Position numbers and translations under genes: made by a program. A stretch of DNA of 56,718 nucleotides from Corallochytrium limacisporum Hawaii (Eukaryota; Protista; Pluriformea), in NCBI GenBank assembly GCA_002811645.1, contig PDIP01000092.1, forward strand, positions 1 through 56,718, read 5' to 3'. Under the pieces are notes generated by a model. That model saw only the letters and a program-made list of their open reading frames with translations, was not told the origin of the DNA and did not search any database. Of the stretch, positions 34,025-45,900 are shown piece after piece (position 1 is the stretch's first letter; every line of letters begins with the position of its first letter).

Positions 34025-35305
34025 TCATGCCACAGCCGTGACATTGTCCTGTTGGGCCTGCGAGTGTACTTTCACCTCAGGCACCTGCTGATCTGGGATC
34101 GAAGCCGCGGCGGCAGAACTATTGGCGTCAGTGTTTGCACTTTTGTTGTGTTGCTGATGGTCACGGTGCTTTTGGTCACGGTTCCCACCTGATCGTCCCC
34201 GGTTTCCACCCGACGGCTCAGACCGTCCCTGCTTCGGATGGGGCACTGAATCTGTGACCTCTTTCGGCGGGGTTACCTCTGGCCGCTGGTCCAACCATCC
34301 CCAGGCAATGATGGAGATCCGACCGCCCTCCGCGTCTAAGTTCGGTGGCACACCGTGGCGCCACATAACATTGACCTTCTTTCCAAAGATCAGTATCGAA
34401 CCGTTCGGCACCGGGAATCTGACCCGTGTGCGCGTGTCCCTGTGCTCGAAGCACAATTCACGTTCCTCACCCAGGGACAGCCCGACTGTGATGTTTTGCG
34501 TCTTCGCTTTTTTCGGATCCACAGCAGCGGCGTCAAAGTGATACGGCTTCCATTCATTCTTCTCTTTGTACCAGTTGAACCGACTGGCCTTGGTTTCCAT
34601 ACCAGTGAGGTCTTGCATCCGGTCGATTAGACCCTTGAAGGTCGGGCATGCGTTCTTCCAGTTGATGTGGTCATCGGCGATCAAATGGCTGTCACCATGC
34701 CAGAAGGTCCAGACATCTTTCGTTGAACCCTCGGTGGCAGCTTTGACCTCATCTAGGAGGTTTTTGTACACATCCCGGTCCGCAGGTTTACCAAAGTAGT
34801 TCGGAACGTACACAACGTCATTCTCAGTAAGGCCAAGGGATTTGAACTCCTCCTTGGTTGTCGCCACTCGCACGCGCATGTCAGGCGGGCTGTAGTCAGG
34901 ATCAAAGCTAACAGTGTTCTTCTTGTTCTTGCGATGGTTATTCTTGCGGTCCTTCTTGTTGCGGTCACTGCGATCGTCTTTGTTTCGATTGTTTGGTTGT
35001 TCCTGGTCGTTCTGCTGACGCTCCTTCAGGGGGTCGGTGCCACTTTCCTGTTTCTGGCCGCGAGAATTGTTGTTACCACCATGCTTCTTACGTCCACGTC
35101 CACCCCTGTTTGAGTGGTTTGCTTTGTTGTGGTTGCGTTGATTCTTGTTGGCGTCATCAGCATCATGTGGCTGCCGCGGCTGGTGTCGTTGAGTTTGGTC
35201 GGTGTTCGGAGCCTCCGGCTTGGAATCAGAAGACGATTGCTGCTGCTGCTGCTGCTGCGCCTTTGGAACAGGAGCAGGGTTGTTTGTGGTGTTATCTTCG
35301 GTCAT
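34025..35305 (-). CDS. AlkB-like 2OG-Fe(II) dioxygenase with low-complexity Q/N/RG-rich termini
   Basis: RFNWY...KPYHFD...TVGLSLGEEREL.F...NGSILIFG...WRHGVP...RISIIAWG, the AlkB-superfamily signature. Confidence 0.88.
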   Translation of the reverse strand: MTEDNTTNNPAPVPKAQQQQQQQSSSDSKPEAPNTDQTQRHQPRQPHDADDANKNQRNHNKANHSNRGGRGRKKHGGNNNSRGQKQESGTDPLKERQQNDQEQPNNRNKDDRSDRNKKDRKNNHRKNKKNTVSFDPDYSPPDMRVRVATTKEEFKSLGLTENDVVYVPNYFGKPADRDVYKNLLDEVKAATEGSTKDVWTFWHGDSHLIADDHINWKNACPTFKGLIDRMQDLTGMETKASRFNWYKEKNEWKPYHFDAAAVDPKKAKTQNITVGLSLGEERELCFEHRDTRTRVRFPVPNGSILIFGKKVNVMWRHGVPPNLDAEGGRISIIAWGWLDQRPEVTPPKEVTDSVPHPKQGRSEPSGGNRGRSGGNRDQKHRDHQQHNKSANTDANSSAAAASIPDQQVPEVKVHSQAQQDNVTAVA

Positions 35306-38066
35306 ATTTGCCCCAAGTGAAGTCCAGTACTGGAACTTCGAGAATCAGTACTTTGTGTGCCGTCGATTCAGTTTGTTGCCTATACACTGGTCCGTCGCAA
35401 CTCGGGAGCCTGTAGTAGAAATGACCGACCCTCTAGAAGTACCAGATCATTAACAACTAGCAATACTATAACTTCACGTCAGACTATCCCGCCTTTCATC
35501 GCTGTACACGTTTGGTGTTGCAAAGCTGGCGCATCAAGGGCAAGAATTCCCCGATGGTCTTTTGCGCACAAAGCACCGTTGCAAGTGTTCTGGCCTGTGA
35601 GTACTGTGGGCACATCGTTAGCAAAATTTGCCCGCACTTTTGGTCTCTCTCTGCTGCAAGGCAGTTTTTTTTCCATTAGCGATCGTACGCTTGGCGGCAC
35701 ACAACCAGGCTCAAGTGACCATTGGCCGATCCGAACGGGATTGCGTCGCAGTCTGTGTGACCACCCACCGGCGGTAAGGCGCGAAATTACTCGCTCCCAC
35801 CTCCCGGGCCCGACTGTTGTCCCAATGCGTGTGGCCCCGGAGGGATTGGGGGTCCCCCGGGGGGGTGGAGGGGGGACGGTGGGTTCTCCAACCGTCCTGT
35901 TTCCTTTTACTTTTCAATCATTTCTTTGAGGTTTGGGTCTTGGTTGAAAAACTAAAGCCCTTGGGCATACTTATTAACTTGGATTGACATGTCCCGCACA
36001 AACCCGATGGGTGAAGTTGAAATCACTGACCAGGAGGTGTACCTTGGTGGACTGGAAGGACTGCGTGCATATATCAGGAGGCACTTGGCCAGCATGTCAA
36101 GCATGACCACACCGTGTCATGCCAGAGCAGATATAGAATACCGGCCCCGTTGTTATGCACCCAGTCAGGGAATTCGGTACTCCCCGGTTGACGCGTTGGT
36201 TCAGACCGAGATGGGTAAAAAGCAGAGCCACTCGGTACCCTGGATTTCACGAGGTCAGCCCGTGTGCGAGTCTAAGCTAGCCAAACCATTGTCCTTTGCT
36301 GCGACACTGTTCACGTAAGATGGATCAAGACTCAAGACGGATGTAAGGGCCTATGCAAGCGCAAGAACGATATGAATGACCATACACACACGTGCCAGAA
36401 GAATGGGGAATGCTGTTCAGGCTCGTGTGTGCAGGTAACTTCGCTATGAACCGTGCTTTGGTGACGGGCAATGTTGCTAAGCATGGTGTGAGCTGGACTT
36501 GTGCAACAACGGAGGGTATTTTATTTTGTTCTTGCAGCCGAGCCTCTAGTATTCTAAAAAGAACCTTGTAAAGCTCATACTGATCCCCCTAGGACAATGC
36601 AAAGGTTAGTAGGTGCATTGCTGTGTGTACTAGTCACCGATATGTGCCGGTCCGTCCGGCAGAGGTCCTCGTCAGCAGACCGTAGGGTTCTGTTTCTTGT
36701 AGTTATAAAATCAATATCGTACACACGTCCACCTTATAACTACAGCTCTGCGGGATCAAACATATCACAGAACCAGAAGCGTCACCGTCTGGCATTTGCA
36801 TCCATGTGTCTTTCTCCAGATACCCCGTACTCATCCCCTCACGAAGTTGTCCATGTCCTGTCTCATTGCCCCCCCCCCTGGTCCCCCAACGACTCCTTTC
36901 GTTAGGGGGATCTCTCCCGGGTACCCCGACCAAATCCCTGCTCGTTGGAGAGAGAGGGGGGGGGGGTATCAAATAGGGCAATATGCAAAGGAAAAAAATA
37001 TTCTTTTTCGTTACTATCGTTCAAGAGATGTCATTTGTCACCCCTTTTTGCGGGGTGCGACGCGGCACCCTTCCCCCCCTCCCGGGGGGGGGCCCAAGCC
37101 TGACGGAACACAATTCGAAAGGGCAGTGCGCACGCATTCCCATCAAGTCTGTGTGTGCGCAGATGAATTATATGAATGATTCCCCGGGGGATTTTATCCT
37201 CCCGAAATCATCCCTGTTTCCGGTAGCGTGCTCGTAGCGGATAGAGAACGGGTCAGCGTGCGAGTTAGGTGAGATATGGACTGAGGTGGGCCTGTGGTGG
37301 AGTATTGCCTTTGTGCAAAGTTAACGATGAAACGAACGTGACACCATGAGGGCAGACTAATCCCAAAGTTAGTCCAGTGTGCACTCACCCGCTCCGCAAG
37401 ATAGAGGTTCAAGATAATGACGCGTTCACACAGAGACGATGTTATACACTACAGCCTTGGTGAAGTGGTAGCGTTGTTGCACGCGGGGACGAATACGATG
37501 GGCTGCCAACTGCGAATTGACCGTCTTGAAGGTGTGCCCCTCTTTGCACTTTATGTGTATGTAATGTTGAGGCATTAGGGCCGGTCTGAAGGATGGCCCA
37601 TTTATTGGCAGCGACGATGCAGCATGAAGCACATACAATTCCCAATACCCAAGAGGACGCAAACATTCTTCGTGATAACAGGGGACTTAAGAACCGGCCA
37701 GTGTTCCTTGGCGGACTGGTGAGGGGAATACACGAGACGATAGCGTGCCCAGCCAACACTCTTCGGACCTGATGACCAAACTGTCGCCTTTTTCATCTCC
37801 TTACGGCTATTTCTAGCATCCTTGATGGCCTTAAGTTTCCAGATTCTGGGATGGCACGGATTCTTAAAGGCTGGTAGCCACAAAATAGAAAGTGATACGC
37901 AGTATTGAGAAAAGCGGAGGACATTCTGTGAATGAATCAGGGGATATAAGGTATCTCAACAAATGAGCGGGTTGCTATTTAAGTTTCGTGACCTCGCCAG
38001 CAAGAACAAAAGATCATTGCAGCCAAGGTGAATTTGAATGTCCCCAGTTGGATACAAACAAGAAAA

Positions 38067-40391
38067 ATGTATGAGATGATCGGATGGGTGCCGGTGATTC
38101 TCGCCATGGATCAGCTAGCCCATGTCCAAGCACTCAACACTTCAATGGTCTCTACAGGAGATGAACTGTATGGCGCTACACTGGCATCCACATTATCTCA
38201 GACCTTGGATGCACCTCCAGTTGGCTCTCATCACTATGCCGCAACTGGTACGCAGCTCCTCAAGAATAAGAAGCATTCGGCTCATGACGTGTGGTCCAAA
38301 GGCCTAGGGTATATGCAGGAATTGTCGTTTAGTGCATACTGGGGATGCCGTAGCAACTGGAGAACCAGCTGGCACCAAAGCGGCCCGGACTGGGGCCTGT
38401 TTACTCGAGTGGATGGCAGTGAGGAAGCAGAGATCTTCAGAGACTGGTTTGTAACCAGTAGTGGCAGCACTCACTTAGACGACTACGACCACCATGTGGT
38501 CCTCTGGGGCGCTGGTGGTGATGACACTCTGATGGGAGATAAGGGAAACGACGTGATCTATGGAGGCAAGGGCAATGATGTCTTAGACGGAGGCCGTGGC
38601 AATGATTTGCTGGTTGGTAATGATGCGGGAGACTGTGAGGACGCGATGGATATTTTGCGCAGTGGGTCAGGATCGGATACCATGTACGGACAGTGTGGCA
38701 ACGACTGGCTGTTCACAGACGACTTGGAGCCCAACAACATTGATTATATGTATGGTGGCCCTGGTGCGGATGTTTTTGTGGTGTCACAGATTGGCATGAT
38801 GCAAGGTGTAAATGTTCAGAACGGTGGAGACCTGTTCGGGTTTGCGTTGGGTTCCTTGCAGGATGTCATGGACTTTACATTTGCTGCGTTCTTCCCGACC
38901 TGGAAACTGACTAAGGAGGTTATGCCCCTGGCACTAGACTTTACGCGTCTCATTGGGGTTGGCAGCTCACGGACCGAGGATCAGAAGATGCCAGGACGAA
39001 ATGTGATTATGGACTTCAACCCCATGGTCGATATGATTGTTGTGCCTTTGTCACCAGACAGGGAGTCGCCGAACGTAGATCTAGTAGAAGCCAACAATGG
39101 TGAAAATGCGCTAAAGTTGACACAAGATGGCCATGATCTGTGCTACATTAACTGGGCGTCTCCAGAAGAGATCTTTGGTCCAGACGCGGACCACATTGGG
39201 TTTTTCCCTGCACAGTACCTGTACGAAATGCTGCGAGCAAATCTGAAGATGGTAGGAGGTCGTAAGTTTAGCATTGGTGTACCTGCTCTGGCGTTGGAGG
39301 ATGTGTTGGAGGATTCTTCACTGTTGGACGGCACGGAGGACTCGCGGTTCTTGATCGTCGGTGCGTTCAATGGGAATTGGATGGCTGGATCTAACGGCAA
39401 TGATAATTTCGTGGGTAACAATCACCCAGCAGGCGATATTTTGTTCGCGTATGCGGCCGGGAAGGATGGTGGAGACCAGCCCGCACTAAAGGACGGTAAC
39501 GACATCATCCGCGGCTTCGGAGGAGACGATCTAATGGCCGGAGGCAGTGAATTCAATCAATTGCACGGAGGGGAAGGCAATGATTGGGCGAGCTATGTTC
39601 ATGCTCGGACCGGGATTGTGGTGGACATGACAGTTACTGGCGAGTGGGTTGATGAGGAATTCTATGTGGTGTACAATGGATTTGGACTAGAGAAATACGA
39701 TCCGAACCTGAGTGCACTAGAGACCGCCAGGGATGGATACGACTGGCTTTTTAGCGTTGAGAACATAGTAGCCAGTGATTTTGACGACGTTATCATTGGA
39801 AATGACAATGACAACGCAATTTCGACACAGTTTGGCAATGACAGGGTCACCGGAAATGGAGGTGCAGACCAGTTCATTGCAAATGGTGGGCTTACCACAA
39901 TCACCGACTTCACCATAAGTGAAGGGGACGAGGTTTTGATAGATGGAGAAGCATACAATCTCACCACACCAGACAGTGCTGGTTTGCACGGTCTTGTGTA
40001 CTATCAGGAGGGTAGTGACTTGGTGCTTGCATTAGAATCTAACGGTCAACGGATTGTTGTGCTGAAGGATATTGACATGAGCGATGCGGTCTGGAACCAA
40101 ATTACAGTTACCCCACGGACAGGACCACGTACTTGTGTGAAACATCGTGACTCTAACGTTGGCCACTGCAGGTACACTCATCAGGCCCTACTTGACTGTA
40201 AGTGGAATTGGCAATGCTACAAGGGCACGAACTGTGTCGGGCTCCGGTGCTCGTGGTGTTTAAACGAGGGCGCACCAGACGGTGCTAGTCTACCCGCTGG
40301 TGCCAGATGCTCGAGTGGGATGGAGTGTTGTTCTGGAATGTGTAACTTTGACTACGCGGAGTGGAATGATCCCCGAGGCGCATGCTACTAA
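38067..40391 (+). CDS. RTX/hemolysin-type Ca-binding repeat protein with a C-terminal Cys-rich domain, probably secreted
   Basis: Two blocks of GGxGxDxLx nonapeptides, ENIVAS.FDDVIIG and TITDF motifs, then 12 Cys in the last ~85 aa. First ATG at 38067 is followed by a weak signal-like segment. Confidence 0.87.
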   Translation: MYEMIGWVPVILAMDQLAHVQALNTSMVSTGDELYGATLASTLSQTLDAPPVGSHHYAATGTQLLKNKKHSAHDVWSKGLGYMQELSFSAYWGCRSNWRTSWHQSGPDWGLFTRVDGSEEAEIFRDWFVTSSGSTHLDDYDHHVVLWGAGGDDTLMGDKGNDVIYGGKGNDVLDGGRGNDLLVGNDAGDCEDAMDILRSGSGSDTMYGQCGNDWLFTDDLEPNNIDYMYGGPGADVFVVSQIGMMQGVNVQNGGDLFGFALGSLQDVMDFTFAAFFPTWKLTKEVMPLALDFTRLIGVGSSRTEDQKMPGRNVIMDFNPMVDMIVVPLSPDRESPNVDLVEANNGENALKLTQDGHDLCYINWASPEEIFGPDADHIGFFPAQYLYEMLRANLKMVGGRKFSIGVPALALEDVLEDSSLLDGTEDSRFLIVGAFNGNWMAGSNGNDNFVGNNHPAGDILFAYAAGKDGGDQPALKDGNDIIRGFGGDDLMAGGSEFNQLHGGEGNDWASYVHARTGIVVDMTVTGEWVDEEFYVVYNGFGLEKYDPNLSALETARDGYDWLFSVENIVASDFDDVIIGNDNDNAISTQFGNDRVTGNGGADQFIANGGLTTITDFTISEGDEVLIDGEAYNLTTPDSAGLHGLVYYQEGSDLVLALESNGQRIVVLKDIDMSDAVWNQITVTPRTGPRTCVKHRDSNVGHCRYTHQALLDCKWNWQCYKGTNCVGLRCSWCLNEGAPDGASLPAGARCSSGMECCSGMCNFDYAEWNDPRGACY

Positions 40392-41268
40392 GGCTCGGGT
40401 TCATTGATTCCCCCTTGCCTCTGTGCACTTGCGTCGATTCATGGTCTATATGGCCATTGTCATTTGTAACGGGGTGCCCGGTTGCTTTAATCAACAATTA
40501 CACTTCAATATTGAAAATTGTACCAAGATGGTAGCCGTGCAATCCTAGTTTTCCGTTGGGCGTGGCAAAACCACCAAACCAAACGATACCGTCTTTCGAG
40601 TCTGTCATCTCGTCTCTGATTTTCAGTTTGGGGGGGGGGGGGAGGGGGGGCGNNNNNNNNNNNNNNNNNNNNNNNNNNNNNNNNNNNNNNNNNNNNNNNN
40701 NNNNNNNNNNNNNNNNNNNNNNNNNNNNNNNNNNNNNNNNNNNNNNNNNNNNNNNNNNNNNNNNNNNNNNNNNNNNNNNNNNNNNNNNNNNNNNNNNNNN
40801 NNNNNNNNNNNNNNNNNNNNNNNNNNNNNNNNNNNNNNNNNNNNNNNNNNNNNNNNNNNNNNNNNNNNNNNNNNNNNNNNNNNNNNNNNNNNNNNNNNNN
40901 NNNNNNNNNNNNNNNNNNNNNNNNNNNNNNNNNNNNNNNNNNNNNNNNNNNNNNNNNNNNNNNNNNNNNNNNNNNNNNGGGGGGGGAAGATCGTTGCAAA
41001 GCTCAGAGCATTCACACCCGCCGAAGGAGTGTGTGTTCCCAATCCGGAGTTCCCGTGCACGGTTTTGGCGCGAACGAAATGTTCGACTTGACATAGTTTA
41101 CTTCTTACTGCTATCATTCTATCGGCTGCTGAAAGTGCCAGAGACTGGCTGTGAAGGAAGAAGCCGACCAGCGAAACAGAGAGTGGTATCGAACTGCAAC
41201 CCCGTTCTCGATGAGAGGTTGGGCGAGATCAGAGGGCCGGATGGATCGATGACCTCAGCCGCGGAGCC

Positions 41269-42939
41269 CTATTTGTAGCGTTTTGACATGAGGAGTGCTA
41301 AGCCAAGTTCTGCAGTAGACAATGGTCCCCTCGCATCAGCGTCTTCTGTCTCTTTGTAGGTGGTCGGCGGAATGGGTCCCTTTTCACGGACGTGCAGGCC
41401 TTTGCAGCGTCTGTATAGCCAGCCACTAATGAGACATCCGATGCCAGCTACCGCTGCGCATATTACGCCGACAAGAAGGCCAACGTCTGTTACACTGGTG
41501 AGTCCGGCATAGCATGCTGTTCTTGTCGTCGTTCGTGTGTCGCGATGCACACCATCATCATCCGCCGTAAACACAAATGCACTACCAGCGTCGCGGCCGT
41601 TTGAATCATCCCAATGCGCACCGACTACTATCGTCTTACCATCTTCAGAAATGCTCGCTGATTTCCCGAAGTAGTCATTCTCGGTTCCGTTGGCAGGGAT
41701 CATTTTTGCCTGCTCTGCCCAACCCCCCTTCCCATTTGCGACAAACACATACGCACTACCGGATTCACAACCGTGATCATCATCGCGGTGGGCGGTCACT
41801 ACAATCGTGCTGCTATCGTCCGAAATGCTCACTACCTCGCCAAAGTGATCACCTTCCGCCCCATCGCTAGATATAAGCTTTGCATTTTCAGTCCACCCAC
41901 CATTTCCATCTGCCACAAATACATACGCACTGCCAGTCCCATCACCATCTTCCTTCGCTCCCACAACAATCACTCTACCATCGTCGGATATGCTTAGGCT
42001 GCGGCCAAACAAGTCACTATCTGCACCATCGGCGTGAGTTAATTTGGCCCGCTCAGTCCATCCCTCGTCGCCATCCGCCACAAACACATATACACTGCCG
42101 GAGTTCCTGCCACCCGCATCATGCCCCACCGCGCCCACCGCAATCGTGCTACCATCGTAAGAAACATCGACTGATACCCCAAAATGATCACCCTGAACGC
42201 CATCTGCATGGGTCAACATCGCCGTCTCAGTCCAGTTGCCGCCGTCCCCCACAAACACATATGCAGCCCCCGAGTTCTTGCTCTGATTATCATGACCCGG
42301 CACACCCGTTCCGTCTTCATCGCGACCTGGCGCGCCAACAGTAATTATGTTGCCGTCACCTGAAATGCTCAGTGACGCGCCAAACCAATCGAATGAAGAG
42401 CCATCTTCGGCGGCCAGCTCTGATGGCTGTGTCCAGTTGGCATCCCTACTAAATACATACGCACGGCCGGACTGGTGGTCATCGTCACCGTGTCCCGATG
42501 CCCCCACCAAAACCTTGCTGCCGTCATCCGAAATGCTCAATGACTGGCCAAACCAACCAAGGCGGTTCCCGTTGTCGTGAATCAACTTAGCCTGCTCAAT
42601 CCAGTTGCAGTGCTCATCCGTCGCAAAGACATACGCACTACCGGTCTCGTCACCACCAACATTGTCGTGCCTCGCAGCGACTGCAATCGTGGAGCCGTCA
42701 TCCGAAATGCTCACTGACCAGCCAAACCAACTACTACTTTGACCATCAGAGGCTGTGAGCTTCACATCTCCTTGCCAGTCAGCTTGCCGTCGAAATCGTT
42801 TCTCCGAAATCGCCAAATCATCCAACCTCCTTGTAGACCCCGCAGAATATTCACGTTCCATTGCCTGTCCCAACAGATCATTGATCGGAACCTGCCGGTG
42901 CACACCATCGCGCAAACCACTGACGTGCAAGTCAGACAT
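41269..42939 (-). CDS. Seven-repeat FG-GAP beta-propeller protein with a C-terminal TM helix
   Basis: Seven KL...DG....FG.S.SIS.DG....VGA....SGSAYVF units; TM VGLLVGVICAAVAGIGCLISGWLY then RRCK. Confidence 0.9.
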   Translation of the reverse strand: MSDLHVSGLRDGVHRQVPINDLLGQAMEREYSAGSTRRLDDLAISEKRFRRQADWQGDVKLTASDGQSSSWFGWSVSISDDGSTIAVAARHDNVGGDETGSAYVFATDEHCNWIEQAKLIHDNGNRLGWFGQSLSISDDGSKVLVGASGHGDDDHQSGRAYVFSRDANWTQPSELAAEDGSSFDWFGASLSISGDGNIITVGAPGRDEDGTGVPGHDNQSKNSGAAYVFVGDGGNWTETAMLTHADGVQGDHFGVSVDVSYDGSTIAVGAVGHDAGGRNSGSVYVFVADGDEGWTERAKLTHADGADSDLFGRSLSISDDGRVIVVGAKEDGDGTGSAYVFVADGNGGWTENAKLISSDGAEGDHFGEVVSISDDSSTIVVTAHRDDDHGCESGSAYVFVANGKGGWAEQAKMIPANGTENDYFGKSASISEDGKTIVVGAHWDDSNGRDAGSAFVFTADDDGVHRDTRTTTRTACYAGLTSVTDVGLLVGVICAAVAGIGCLISGWLYRRCKGLHVREKGPIPPTTYKETEDADARGPLSTAELGLALLMSKRYK

Positions 42940-45900
42940 GGTTTAATCAAGCCAAACTTGGGAAATTCCTTCGTTCAGCAGTTTTGATCTTCTGAAGTAC
43001 GGCGAAAGTCAAATCAAATCTCCATCCAAGTCTTGGGTGTTCGATTCAAGATTCGAAATAGCAGGCTTTTCTACTCTGCAACGATGTGGTCCACAGCATG
43101 GCCTCTGGTCATCCGGCTTAAGTACCACTGTCAATCCTGCCAAAGGAGGAGGACCATGCATCCTTACCACGCGCATTCTCATACGGCTGCCAGCTGCGGA
43201 AGTGAATACCTCGAAACATGGTGCCCCAAGTCGTAGAAGTCCGAACCAGGATAGGTTTTCATTCATTTATGTCTCATGGTCCGAACTTCTCTCGGCTGCT
43301 GACGTACTATACATGAAACGTATGCGTATCATTGGCGTATCATATGCGCATCATGCTCACATCATCTGCATACCAGTCAACCACGAACCGTCCGACTGTG
43401 AGCAGGAACAGGAAAGGGTCGGGCCTGGGCCATGTGTCCGCGATCCATGTGCCCAAGTCGGAATGTTCTGACGCATGCGGATTGAACACGACGATGAGGA
43501 CGGCCGCTAACGTTGACGTAGCACTGCTCCTGCAATTCAAGAAAAGGCATTTTCCATTCATCCAATTCCGTACAACTGCGCAAATATCTAGTTCATACTG
43601 CATGTAGATGCTCATGCTATGTCTAGGGGTTCTGAAACACGAGTGCCAAAGGAACAAAGATCGACCTTTGCTACAGGACGGGCATCTCATCCCCGGCACC
43701 CACCGACGGTGTACTCTAACCGGGACATGGTGTGGGGACCTCCTTCTCTCAACTTCACAATTCCACAACAGGTTCATTTAGTTCGTCCATCATGTAGACC
43801 TCGTGTGCGCGTCATCTGTGCATCAAGTCTTCGTCATCTGCGTGTCGGGTGCTCTGGCCGGTTCCTCCCCCTCCCCTACCTCCTCCTGGAACCCCGCCGG
43901 GAGGAGTGGGGAGGCGAGGGGGCCCCGAGGGCAGGTGGGCCTTCGACCATCTGCCGAAGCCGGCAATCGACAGGCCGAGAAAGGCAGGAACACAGCGCAG
44001 GCGATGGGATGTCAATACTCCCGGACGGAAGAAAGGGGCAACGGGCGTTGCGGCGTTGCCATCCATGTCAGCGGAAAAGCACGCAAAACCAGGGGTGGGT
44101 TCTTGATCCGTGGATCTACTGATCTACTACCTGTGTAAGCCCATACACATTTTGAGGCATTGTGGGCGCGATGTTCCCACTGCCACTTCGGCATGGATCT
44201 CTCCGCCCTCCAGGAGATTAGCTGAGTTTCACAGTCAATCAGTCTTACAGTAATGGTGAACCGTACCACCGTGGCCCCTGAAACAAAGTGCAATCATTGG
44301 ACGGTCCCCCCCGGGCTCTTGCCGAAACCTCCAGCGGATCACATTGAGCATCTAAGTTGCACACAGCACCAATGTTTTGACTTTCCCTCGTCCCACGCAC
44401 CGTCCGCGAACCCCGCCTGCCGAAAGCAAACACGTTTATGACCCTGACCAGGGTCGGGGTGATTGACTGCAATCAGCGAACCATCATACGAAACAGATAG
44501 AGCCAGAAACAAATTCCCGCTACGTCGTCTGCGACTCTATCCCCCTTTCCATCATTCCACATGATCGATAATACCTTGATATCTACACGCCCGGTGTTTC
44601 AGCAAGCTGAAAAAAAAATGTAGAGTTTTCGGTTGCGCACCACCGTTCTTGTTTTGCCAAGAAAATTAAAACTCCCAAAAATGAAATTCCAAAATTCTGA
44701 AACCCCGGTGTGTCCTCTGTCTCCTCGGTTTTACTTTTTTTTTGTAAATTTCTTTATTTTTTTTCTTTGGGCGCTCGGCGGGGAGCAAATGGCTGACCTG
44801 GTAGGTAGGTAGGTACGCCCGGTGGTGTGCAAGGAACCTTCCTCTGTCCGCCGACCTACCGCACAGTTTCCCTGGAAAATGGGTAACAGGCGCGGTTCCA
44901 GGGGGTTGACCCATGAACCGCGGGCCTCAAACGAGTGAAAAAAAATGAATTAAAAGAAAGGAAGAAAGAAAGGGAAAAAAAAGGAACTCAATAAAAAAAA
45001 CTTAAAAAACTTGGGCCAAAGACTGTGTTTTTCTCTTCTTTTTTTTTTCTTTGGGACCACACACACACCCACACACACACACCCCTCTCTCGCGGTCAGC
45101 CGGAAAGGAGGAGGACGACGACACGTAATCAAAAAATTGGCTTAGGCACCACAACGCATGCTCAACTATGACCTACCAATGGTACTTTTGCTTGGTAAGG
45201 GGGGGTGGCGCTGAAATGGAAAAAAATCTGGGGAGTAGGAGGGATCGTCCCGCGTACCTTAGGATTTTTTTTGGCCATTTTTTTTTGGTTGACTCAGTTG
45301 GGATCCAATATTCTTTTTTTTTTGTTTGACAACAGACGAGCTCGCTTAGAAACAAAAAAATAGAAAGAATGGTTTAAAAGGTGTACTTGTGCGCAGTATA
45401 ATCACTCAGCGTTCGCATAAGGCGCGGCGGCAAAGGGTGGAGCAGGGGTTTTGTTAGGTAGCACAGCTCGGACTAAATCTGGGAAACACTGGAAAAAGAT
45501 GGCGGCGGGCCGCGCTGTTAACGGGAATTCGGAACCGTCATAAGAAATTGGAGCTCGTCATAGGCCGCCACTGCCGGCCGCCGTCCTGTGCCCTCTCGTT
45601 GCCTCCTCGGGTGTGTGGTCTTAGTTGGATGCATAGTGATGCTGTGTGCATCCTGGACGGGGACAGTTGATTTGTGAAGGAGCCTTTTGGTGGCAGCCGC
45701 CATTCCCGAGACGATCACCACCTGTGTGGTGGTGTCGCCGTCCTGGAAAATGCTCGGCATCTCCGTTTCCGGTGCGCGGTGCCCCTCCCTGCCGGGCGGG
45801 GTGTACACTCCAGGCGGCCCGTTGATGACCGGCGGGTTGAGAGACCGTGTCGATCGCAAACCCTGGGACTCAAATCAGTTTGTCCATCTTTGAGTAACGC

